This document shows positions 16,031 to 23,965 of a DNA stretch of 25,042 nt, piece by piece; position 1 is the stretch's first letter; each line of letters starts with the position of its first letter. The notes beneath the pieces were generated by a model. That model was not told the DNA's origin. It did not search any database and saw only the letters and a list, made by a program, of their open reading frames with translations. Made by a program: the position numbers and the translations under genes. The stretch is from the NCBI GenBank assembly GCA_048938295.1, contig JBHLMI010000012.1, positions 1-25,042 of the forward strand, given 5' to 3'. The stretch comes from Promethearchaeota archaeon. GTDB lineage: Archaea; Asgardarchaeota; Hermodarchaeia; Hermodarchaeales; Hermodarchaeaceae.

Positions 16031-16411
16031 CTATTTTGCTTGCCAAGCTTTAGTTGTCACCTTATCAGCGAGCCCTTTATCACGCAACTCGTTGAGCGAT
16101 CTGATAATCTCATTCCGTGGAACATCTACGCCACCAGTTCCCTGGATGATTGTCTGAATGGCCCGTGGACGTTGAGGGCGCTCGCGAATAGTTTCAAGAA
16201 CAGCAGCCTGCAGAACCGTGAGTTTAGCACGCTTCTTAGAGGACTTTTTACCCTTGGATTTGGTGTCTTCGACGGGTTCATCCTCGAAATCCTCAAGTTC
16301 CTCGTCCTCTTTATCGGGAGTTGATGCTGGAGCCGCCTCCGATTCAGGTTCTTCAGGAACTGCTTCCGCAGGAACTTCTTCAGGTGTCTCTTCTTTCTCT
16401 GACAAATTCAT
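16031..16411 (-). CDS. Acidic disordered N-terminus plus C-terminal winged-helix protein
   Basis: The track labels this +, but it is encoded on the minus strand (CTA at 16031-16033; CAT at 16409-16411). LTVLQAAVLETIRE...EIIRSLNELRDKGL is wHTH-like. Confidence 0.75.
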   Translation of the reverse strand: MNLSEKEETPEEVPAEAVPEEPESEAAPASTPDKEDEELEDFEDEPVEDTKSKGKKSSKKRAKLTVLQAAVLETIRERPQRPRAIQTIIQGTGGVDVPRNEIIRSLNELRDKGLADKVTTKAWQAK

Positions 16412-16591
16412 CGCCACATATTTCTTGTCCCAATGTTTGGCATTGGGTGGCGCGACCTCAGTTCACAGAGGTTCATTTAAGTTTTCTGTTAACCCTTCAC
16501 CGTTCCCAGTAGAGAGATTTGTTTCCGTAGCCGTAAGGTTGAAATACGGGAAACATAATCGACGCTCTCGCCTGAAGGTAGGTTGTTCGCT

Positions 16592-18019
16592 GTGTCACGT
16601 CGACAACGGAAACAGAAGAAGACAAAGCAGAAGAAACGCCTTGAATCAATCCCTGAAAAGCTACAACGAAAACGCGACCGCCAAGTCAGGCAACGATCCC
16701 GACGAACACCACGATGGGTTCAATATGGCCTTGTTGTGGTTCTGATTGCCATCATCATTGGTGGTTTCGCTTGGTTCTGGTGGATTAATCTACCGCCAAT
16801 TGAACCTCCTGAGCCCTTACAGGGTGATGTCGATATCCTCCAACAGGATATCTTTTATGTGTACATCAACGATACCGGTCAAATTCAAATCGATTACATG
16901 CTTGGACGATTTGCAGGAGGCACCTTCGGAGGCGATCAACCACTCAACGTGTCATTTACACGCGACTTCGATCGAGGACAGGTGAATTTCACATTACGAG
17001 ATCCGTATGTCTTCTATGACTACTATGGAAATGCATACTATATCCCGTCAGAAGTTGGAGCCGACAGCCTAGCATTCATTGTGGATAATATTCAACCGAA
17101 TAAACAAAACACCTTCGAAGAATACGCCCTGCGAGGCGGAACGTACATGAAAGGGTACTGGTCGCTGTTTTGGACCTACATCATCAATAGCAGTGACAAC
17201 AACTGGCTTCGAAATGACAACTTAGACAGTATGTTCACCTTCACCTTCGATATTCATCCAGAAAATGACACACTTCCCGAAAACACCCCGACCATTGTTC
17301 ACTGTAACATCACCTTCAATACACTAAGTGCCTCAGATGCAAACGTCTATAATTTTGGCGAGTCAAGGATAATCTTCCCCAAGCAGATCTACAACGACAC
17401 CACACTTCTAGCGAACATAACGCTCCAAGAAATTTTCCGAATCGGAAGCGCGGATAGTGGCTTTGAATCATACACAACCAATAATGAAACACACATTGGG
17501 TTCCAAGCAAATCCGATTAGCGTTGCCATGTCACAAAACCAGACGTGGGGATATATCTTCGACTTGAACGTTACAACATTTACCAATGAAACATTCTGTC
17601 TTTTGGACCTTACAAGTCCGGTGAATGAGTTCTTCATGCAAACCGGCTATACGGGTTCGGTGGAAGAGCAACCCATGCACTTCCCGAAGTCTGAAATCAG
17701 CATCGATACCCCGAAATTAGCCAATAAGAATCAGAACGTAACCGACATCCTCATACGCTTCCCAGCAATATACGTGGATAATGAAACAATTGCTTATCAG
17801 GTTACCCCAGCATCGTTTGGTCCGCAAAGCTATCCAATCACCCCTCCGATGAATCGAGAACCGGAATCAAGAACAGTAATTGGATTAGAAGGGATTAAGA
17901 CCAATTTGCGTGAATTAGGATTAGAACCTGTAACCTTGTTCACCGAATCACGACGAGTGATTCACATCAGATATGACAACATTTCTCATGCGTCCTTGGA
18001 TGAAAGGAGCGTTGGGTAA
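16592..18019 (+). CDS. Type II single-pass membrane protein with large, sequon-rich extracellular domain
   Basis: Basic N-terminus (RRQRKQKK...), one TM (YGLVVVLIAIIIGGFAWFWWI), a beta-rich ectodomain and 15 N-x-S/T sequons counted by eye. Start at GTG 16592 or TTG 16583. Confidence 0.85.
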   Translation: MSRRQRKQKKTKQKKRLESIPEKLQRKRDRQVRQRSRRTPRWVQYGLVVVLIAIIIGGFAWFWWINLPPIEPPEPLQGDVDILQQDIFYVYINDTGQIQIDYMLGRFAGGTFGGDQPLNVSFTRDFDRGQVNFTLRDPYVFYDYYGNAYYIPSEVGADSLAFIVDNIQPNKQNTFEEYALRGGTYMKGYWSLFWTYIINSSDNNWLRNDNLDSMFTFTFDIHPENDTLPENTPTIVHCNITFNTLSASDANVYNFGESRIIFPKQIYNDTTLLANITLQEIFRIGSADSGFESYTTNNETHIGFQANPISVAMSQNQTWGYIFDLNVTTFTNETFCLLDLTSPVNEFFMQTGYTGSVEEQPMHFPKSEISIDTPKLANKNQNVTDILIRFPAIYVDNETIAYQVTPASFGPQSYPITPPMNREPESRTVIGLEGIKTNLRELGLEPVTLFTESRRVIHIRYDNISHASLDERSVG

Positions 18020-18125
18020 TCCTCAATTAACCAATAACCCTCATTTTAGGCGAAAGAGTTGCTCCGAGGCTTTAAAAGTGCGACACTTCTAAGGAATAAT
18101 GAACTGAACACTAGGAGCTGCAATT

Positions 18126-18761
18126 ATGCCTTCGAAAGAAAATGATCTCGATGAAGCCTATTCACGATTTCGAAAACGGTTGAAATCCAAAGAAGCCGCA
18201 CAGAATCCAATAGAGGATGAAGCCTTGCGAACACGCCTTGAAGAAGTCGACCGGCAAGCCCCATCGAAATCCACACTATTCATTGAGGCAGATTCCCGAT
18301 TAGAGCAGCTGAAAGAGGAATTTCACATAGAAGTTCAAAAGCCCCAAACCCTCCAAGAACATGTAGTATTTCTTCTAGCCCGGGATTCCGTAGCGGCCAT
18401 TGTGGTGGCAGATTTGTATTCTAAGATTCACGAGATGGAACAATACAAAAGGCTTTCACATAAGGAATTCCAAAAGCAACTGAAGCAGTTGGAAAAGGAA
18501 GAAAAGGTCCGTCTCAGTGAAATTCAAGGTGTTCTTGTTATCAAACTTCACGATGAGTTTCTCAGTGAAGATGAAGCCACAATCCTTGATGTTGCAGCAC
18601 GAAAGAGTGGAAAAATCTCCATGGAGCAGATTATGGTTTCTACGGGTTGGTCCCAGGCAAGGACTCAAATGGCGTTAGACTCGCTTGCAGCCAAGAAAAT
18701 GCTGGTACAGAAGAAGAGTTTCACCCGAGGAACCCGCTATCAGTTAACGAAAGACACCTAA
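18126..18761 (+). CDS. ESCRT-II Vps22/Vps36-like (EAP30-type) tandem winged-helix protein
   Basis: The C-terminal LSEDEATILDVAARKSGKISMEQIMVSTGWSQARTQMALDSL fits the EAP30 second winged helix (GW signature). It is preceded by a first WH-like segment (IVVADLYSKI...LKQLEKE). Confidence 0.7.
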   Translation: MPSKENDLDEAYSRFRKRLKSKEAAQNPIEDEALRTRLEEVDRQAPSKSTLFIEADSRLEQLKEEFHIEVQKPQTLQEHVVFLLARDSVAAIVVADLYSKIHEMEQYKRLSHKEFQKQLKQLEKEEKVRLSEIQGVLVIKLHDEFLSEDEATILDVAARKSGKISMEQIMVSTGWSQARTQMALDSLAAKKMLVQKKSFTRGTRYQLTKDT

Positions 18762-18838
18762 GCATTTAATTTCACTTATACCAAACCCTCTATTAGTTTA
18801 AATACTCTTTTTGGTGATACTAATTTGGTGCCACTCAA

Positions 18839-19027
18839 GTGAGTACTGACTATGTAGAAACCATCCGAGACATCCAAAGAACGCCAGAAGAACTTCCACG
18901 TAATGATCTTCGCCGTGAAAAGCGATTACTCCGCCAAGCAATCGCTTCATCTAGCGGCCCTCATCGAATTCGGTTGCAACGAGAATTAGCCGCTTTAGAA
19001 GATTACGAGCGAGAAAAACGCCAATGA
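18839..19027 (+). CDS. Small helical basic hypothetical protein
   Basis: 62-aa ORF with GTG start and TTTAAATA at 18797-18804 upstream; amphipathic helical-hairpin pattern. Confidence 0.45.
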   Translation: MSTDYVETIRDIQRTPEELPRNDLRREKRLLRQAIASSSGPHRIRLQRELAALEDYEREKRQ

Positions 19028-19157
19028 CCACCTGAGACCCATGTACAAGGCATCTTATACATCAAAATAGTTCTTTTCAAACTAAGAGGGAGTATTCTTA
19101 TCAGCTAGTCGAGTCAGTTCAACTAGATTCCTAGCAACATGTATTAGGTGATACATA

Positions 19158-19766
19158 GTGGACCAAGTGATTGCCATTTCTGGAACACCCGGCACTGGTA
19201 AAACTGAAGTCGGAAGTGTACTTGCCACGCGCCTTGATGCAGAATTCGTTGAGCTTGGCCAAGTTATCAAAGAACAGCGATTTCATCACGGGGAGGATCC
19301 AAATCGTGACACCCTTATCGCTGATACTGCCAAACTGCAAGATTATCTTGTACGCCAATTCCAAAAGGCAGAGAAACAGTTTGTGGTTGTTGGTCATTTC
19401 GCCGATTTGGTTCCGAAACAGTATCTGGCAGCCCTAATTGTTCTTCGTTGTCATCCAATCGTTCTAATGCAACGATTAGCAGCCCGTCAATGGTCTTCTA
19501 AAAAAATTCTTGAAAACATACAGGCAGAAATCCTTGGAACATGTATTTCCGACGGTCTAGCGCAACATAGCAGAGACCGAATCTTTGAAATTGATACATC
19601 AGATTCCTCAGTAGAAAGGGAGGTAGCCGCAATTGAAGCCATTCTTGCGGGCAGGGGAAAAGAGTATGCCATTGGAAAGATTTCGTGGCTTCGGATACTT
19701 GAGCCAAACCTTATTCACCAGATTATGGAAGAACAGCATCTGCCCTCCTCATCACAAAAAGCATAA
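19158..19766 (+). CDS. Adenylate kinase of the AK6/Fap7 (hCINAP) family
   Basis: P-loop GTPGTGKT, hhhGH motif VVVGH, and LRCHP...LMQRL..R.W...KI.EN.QAEI. SD GGTGAT upstream. Confidence 0.9.
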   Translation: MDQVIAISGTPGTGKTEVGSVLATRLDAEFVELGQVIKEQRFHHGEDPNRDTLIADTAKLQDYLVRQFQKAEKQFVVVGHFADLVPKQYLAALIVLRCHPIVLMQRLAARQWSSKKILENIQAEILGTCISDGLAQHSRDRIFEIDTSDSSVEREVAAIEAILAGRGKEYAIGKISWLRILEPNLIHQIMEEQHLPSSSQKA

Positions 19767-19813
19767 GTGTTAGGCACTTATTTGAACAGTAGAGAAAGCA
19801 GGTTGGGCCTCTT

Positions 19814-21544
19814 GTGACCGATGAAAATGACTCTTCAGTTCGTGAGTTAATTCGGAAATACAGCTTAGCAAACGCCATTAGATATGAAGGGAAAGCCGAC
19901 GCTAAGGCGGTGATTGGGAAACTTTTAGCAGAGCGTCCTGAGCTGCGTACACAGGCCCGAGAGATCATCGACCAGGTGAATCGAGTAGTCGATGAAGTCA
20001 ACCAGATGACTTTAAGCAACCAAACTGCTGAACTTGAAGCGCTTGCTCCGGAGTTACTTGTACGTAGTCGGGAAAAACGCACTAAAGAACTTCCTCCTCT
20101 TCAGAGCGCAATAGAGGGACAAGTTATTACTCGTTTACCTCCCGAACCGAGTGGATATCCCCATATTGGGCATGCTTATGCGGGATACATTAACTGGTTC
20201 TATGCGCGCAAGTACAAAGGACGCGTAATTCTTCGGTTTGAAGACACAAATCCACGGAATGTCCAAAGTGAATATTATGAAGCTTTCAAGGAAGGCTATC
20301 GCTGGATGGAGATTGACTGGGATGAAGAGTTGAATGTTTCAGACGATATGCTGTATTTTTACGATCATGCAAAGCAGCTGCTAGATCGTGGTGAAGTGTA
20401 CTTCTGTTCGTGCCCAGCTGAAGAGATTAGTGAAAACCGCCGGAAGGGGAGAGCTTGTTCACATCGTCAAAGCAACAAAGAGGACAACCAGCAAATCTGG
20501 GATGATATCATCGATGGGAAATACGAAGAAGGCCAAATAGTGTGCCGTCTTCGAATAGACATGTCCCATTCGAATGCGGTGATGCGAGACCCAAATATTT
20601 TCCGAATTATCGACTATCCCCATCCGATACAAAGAGACCAGTATCGGCTCTGGCCCACCTATGACTTTGCAAATGCCTTAGAGGATTATCGTAACCAAAT
20701 CAGCCACGTGTTACGCAGCAATGAATTTGCCAGCCGTGGAGAACTCCAAACCTATATCCGGAACCTCTTTGACTATCCACAACCACTTATTCAAGAGTGG
20801 TCACGCTTTAGCCTAGAGGGAAGTCCTGTTAGTAAGCGCAAGATAAGACCCCTAATTGAATCGAAAAAAATCAGTGGGTGGGACGACATTCGTCTTCCAA
20901 CTCTATCGGGTCTGCGCCGAAGGGGGATACTTCCTGAGGCTATTCGTGAGATGACACGGGAAGTTGGTCTAAGTGTAGCCCAACCAATTGTCGATTGGTC
21001 GTTATTATTAGGGATCAACCGAAAGCTTGTCGATTCGATAGCTAACCGATACTATTGCGTGACTGAACCGATGCACGTAGAAATTACCAGTGGGAAGCGG
21101 TTCAAGGCTAAAATTCCGTATCATCCGGATTTCAGTGACCGAGGATCCCGTCAGATAATAATTGAAGACCATGTATATATTGATGGTCAAGATGCTAAAC
21201 AACTTTCGAAAGGAGATATTTTCCGGCTAAAGCACGCCTTTAACCTCCAGGTTGAAAAGAAAACTGCCAAATCGATAAAATGCTCATTCGCCGGGAACGC
21301 TCTAGAACAAGCAGAGCTGAAAATCCAGTGGGTGACTTCTGATTCGATTCCTGTTCAGCTTTTCGTTCCTGATGTGCTGTTTATTAAGGACAAGTTTAAT
21401 CCGAGAAGTCTCCAAATCATTGAAGGATTTGGAGAACGCACACTTATGGGGTTGAAATCAGGGACAATTGTACAACTGGAACGTAAAGGATTCGGTTATG
21501 TGGAGAGAGTTGATGAGAAAGTCAAGATTAACATGACGGAATGA
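19814..21544 (+). CDS. gltX: Glutamyl-tRNA synthetase (archaeal type)
   Basis: TRLPPEPSGYPHIGH, LRFEDTNP, WPTYDF, SHVLRSNE, a KMSKS-equivalent VSKRK, GWDDIRLPT and QLERKGF. Confidence 0.97.
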   Translation: MTDENDSSVRELIRKYSLANAIRYEGKADAKAVIGKLLAERPELRTQAREIIDQVNRVVDEVNQMTLSNQTAELEALAPELLVRSREKRTKELPPLQSAIEGQVITRLPPEPSGYPHIGHAYAGYINWFYARKYKGRVILRFEDTNPRNVQSEYYEAFKEGYRWMEIDWDEELNVSDDMLYFYDHAKQLLDRGEVYFCSCPAEEISENRRKGRACSHRQSNKEDNQQIWDDIIDGKYEEGQIVCRLRIDMSHSNAVMRDPNIFRIIDYPHPIQRDQYRLWPTYDFANALEDYRNQISHVLRSNEFASRGELQTYIRNLFDYPQPLIQEWSRFSLEGSPVSKRKIRPLIESKKISGWDDIRLPTLSGLRRRGILPEAIREMTREVGLSVAQPIVDWSLLLGINRKLVDSIANRYYCVTEPMHVEITSGKRFKAKIPYHPDFSDRGSRQIIIEDHVYIDGQDAKQLSKGDIFRLKHAFNLQVEKKTAKSIKCSFAGNALEQAELKIQWVTSDSIPVQLFVPDVLFIKDKFNPRSLQIIEGFGERTLMGLKSGTIVQLERKGFGYVERVDEKVKINMTE

Positions 21545-21625
21545 AGTTGGGCGCAAAGATTTTAGAGCGTTAATTCCCCAGTACCGTATAGCTAGATTTG
21601 CGCAATCGGGGGTACAGGCTAGCCT

Positions 21626-22492
21626 ATGGCCGAGGATGTACAGCGGGCACTGGATAATCTTCGTTTCGACCGAATGGTCAAAGCATTCTGTATTATATCT
21701 CCTGAAAATACGATTTATCAAAGCACTCTGGATGAAGACACTAACGCGATGGTTAAGCAGACGGTGAGCCTCTATAAAGGACAAATCAGCCAACTCACTG
21801 TCAACACAGAAGCGGGTCTCGTTGTCATTTCAAAAATTGCTGAAAATTGGCTCCTTGCCGTTCTTTTTCCCCCTAACCTCTCTCTTGGAATTGCAGTTGT
21901 AAAAACTAAGGCAACTCTGCTAGCGCTTCGCGAGTTAGATCTTAACATCATCAGGACAATTCCCGCAGCGCCAGCTGAAACAAAACCAGCTCCGCCACCA
22001 AAACCCACAACACCTCCACCCACACCTACTCCTCAACAAATACCAACTACTCCACCTCCCACACCTAAACCGGAATCCAGCAAACCCATTACACCTGAAC
22101 CTTCTGTAGAACCCATTCCACCACCATTAGAGACGTCCACTCTTCCTGAAACAGAAACCATGCCTCCCCCCATCGAACCACCACCCATAGAATCCACAGA
22201 GGCCATTGAACCGCCGCCCCCTCCACCAAGACCCTCAGACGGGCGAATCGATTTGACTTTTATTCCTCAAGGTGGTCAAGCCCTACTAGCAGCCCTCGAT
22301 ACTGGATCACCGGTAGGTAGTGCCCTCTACGACAGATTCGGACCATACGCCCGTGATGTACTTTTTCTGGTCGATGGAAAGCGTGATGTCAAGACCATCG
22401 CATTTCTGTTAGGACTTCCCGAATATGCTATTGTCGATGTTTTGGAGTTCGCCATTAGTAACCGGATTTTGGCAAGTCCCGTTGCGGCTTAA
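21626..22492 (+). CDS. Roadblock/LC7-like domain plus proline-rich linker plus C-terminal winged-helix protein
   Basis: The N-terminus follows the roadblock pattern, ending NWLLAVLFPPNLSLGIAVVK. A central P/T/E-rich linker follows. The C-terminus is VLFLVDGKRDVKTIAFLLGL, a wHTH. Confidence 0.75.
   Translation: MAEDVQRALDNLRFDRMVKAFCIISPENTIYQSTLDEDTNAMVKQTVSLYKGQISQLTVNTEAGLVVISKIAENWLLAVLFPPNLSLGIAVVKTKATLLALRELDLNIIRTIPAAPAETKPAPPPKPTTPPPTPTPQQIPTTPPPTPKPESSKPITPEPSVEPIPPPLETSTLPETETMPPPIEPPPIESTEAIEPPPPPPRPSDGRIDLTFIPQGGQALLAALDTGSPVGSALYDRFGPYARDVLFLVDGKRDVKTIAFLLGLPEYAIVDVLEFAISNRILASPVAA
21961..22233 (+). repeat. Low-complexity proline-rich coding repeats
   Basis: TTPPPTP occurs twice, plus PPIEPPPIE and a PPPPPP run; C/A-rich degenerate DNA repeats. 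Confidence 0.8.
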
Positions 22493-22520
22493 TATCAGAC
22501 CTCCTCTGCTTTGGGTGGTT

Positions 22521-22529
22521 AAAAAAAAA
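22521..22529 (-). terminator. Oligo-U tract, candidate archaeal terminator for a minus-strand transcript
   Basis: A9 on the plus strand is T9 on the minus strand, in a convergent intergenic gap. Confidence 0.45.
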
Positions 22530-22762
22530 TAATGCCGGAAGGGCAGTCGAGGGAGGAGGGATATTATTGGAGGGCGAGGACGATTTGAGCCTGAAACCTC
22601 CTTGGGAGGATTCTGCCTATGAGGAGTGTAGATTTGATTTAAAATTGCGTCACTGCACCAACCGGCTCATGAATAATGTAAGTCGCGAATTATAAATTGA
22701 TATGATTTTCTCAAACTAGCCTTCTTTTCATTGCAGAATTCACAAAGATCATTGCTGTTTTC

Positions 22763-23371
22763 TCAAGATTCGTCCTGATGCGTTTCGATAATTGAACCTT
22801 CTTTGCCACAATAAACACAAATCAACGGTTGGGAATGGTATACAGCGCCACAACTAGTACAGGTTGAGTGGATAGTCGAAGGAATTTTTTGTAAAGGAGG
22901 CTGTTGTCGCCTGTAGAGTGCAAAAGGAAATGTAATCAGTGTAGCAACACCAAAGACTAACCCAAGAGGAACAAGAATCTGCCAGAGAAAGAATGAGGTA
23001 AGAAAAGCAATGGAAAAGCCGGGCAAATAGAGGTATTTGATCATAAATAACAGCCAGGTTCCTGCTGGAAGAAGAAGGGAAGCACTGAGAGTGGAGAGAG
23101 CAGCACTTAGGTTCCTAAAAAGGAGGGCGATAATGATGGCGACACTCAGCCAGAGCATCAGAGAAATGGGAAATGTAAAGTCGAGTAGGAGGTCAACTGT
23201 GGCCATGATCCATGCGAGTTCAAATAATTGGAGCAGGTCGATGAAAGGAAAGTAAATGCCGTAGACTTGCGCTTGTATCGCCGATGTTTGTGTGAAATAG
23301 AGCACAACAGCAAGGCCGAAACCAATAAGGAGTCCTATGGGTGCGATTTTGGAACTCCTGATGTGTGGCAT
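22763..23371 (-). CDS. Multi-pass membrane protein with C-terminal zinc ribbon
   Basis: About 4-5 hydrophobic helices followed by CTSCG...CVYCG. Confidence 0.8.
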   Translation of the reverse strand: MPHIRSSKIAPIGLLIGFGLAVVLYFTQTSAIQAQVYGIYFPFIDLLQLFELAWIMATVDLLLDFTFPISLMLWLSVAIIIALLFRNLSAALSTLSASLLLPAGTWLLFMIKYLYLPGFSIAFLTSFFLWQILVPLGLVFGVATLITFPFALYRRQQPPLQKIPSTIHSTCTSCGAVYHSQPLICVYCGKEGSIIETHQDES

Positions 23372-23409
23372 GATATGGAGCCTTTGAGTGTGAGCTTATT
23401 AATGTGGTT

Positions 23410-23892
23410 CTAGTGCGCCTCAAATTGTGATGTGAGGGTTCCGCCTATAACACCTCCAACGGCTGCGATTAGTCCTGCTAATAAGCCGTTGAGGACCCAA
23501 GTGAGAAGAAGAGCACCGTTAGCTCCACCCAAAAGGAAGTCTAGCCCATATGTGAGGAAGGGAGCAATCATTGCCATGATTAATCCTGCTGCTGCACCCC
23601 TGACCATATCTCGGACAAGTAACCCAGCAACGAGTCCAGCGACAAGCCATACTACAGGAGCTAGGATATAGACAATGAGAATGTTGAGAAGCACGTCATT
23701 GAAAACCATGAAAAGCTGGGTTGTTATCGAACTCGTGAGGAAGAGTGTTGCAACGTTACTTGGAACCAGTCCAGGTCCCACGAGGGGTAGAATACTGGCG
23801 GCTGTTGCATAGATGATTCCGTAAGCGATACCTAATGAGGCTAAGAAGCCAACAATTATTCCAATGATTATGTTTGTGTTTGAAGATGCCAT
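23410..23892 (-). CDS. Small Gly/Ala-rich multi-pass membrane protein
   Basis: Four to five TM segments with GxxxG-type packing (VAGLVAGLLV, LAGLIAAVGGVIGG). Confidence 0.8.
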   Translation of the reverse strand: MASSNTNIIIGIIVGFLASLGIAYGIIYATAASILPLVGPGLVPSNVATLFLTSSITTQLFMVFNDVLLNILIVYILAPVVWLVAGLVAGLLVRDMVRGAAAGLIMAMIAPFLTYGLDFLLGGANGALLLTWVLNGLLAGLIAAVGGVIGGTLTSQFEAH

Positions 23893-23965
23893 AGAGCTTA
23901 CCTCGGTTCCTTGTTAATGAGAGTGAACAGATGATTTAAAGTTGTTTACATGAATTGGTTCAATG

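Noticed and set aside
16218-16745. 175-aa Ser-rich plus-strand ORF
   Set aside because: It is an antisense shadow of the acidic wHTH gene and overlaps the next gene's start in another frame.
18813-18842. GGTGAT SD followed by a tiny ORF (TTG GTG CCA CTC AAG TGA) whose stop overlaps GTG 18839
   Set aside because: It could indicate translational coupling or a frameshifted start, but five codons cannot be distinguished from chance without homologs or expression data.
21551-21603. 7-bp inverted repeat GCGCAAA/TTTGCGC after gltX, possible tRNA or ncRNA
   Set aside because: There is no cloverleaf, T-loop or anticodon arm. One short stem with a 39-nt spacer is within chance.
22534-22546. GCCGGAAGGGCAG resembling SRP RNA helix 8
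   Set aside because: The match is imperfect, and no surrounding GC-rich ~300-nt SRP structure or Alu-like 5' domain is evident.
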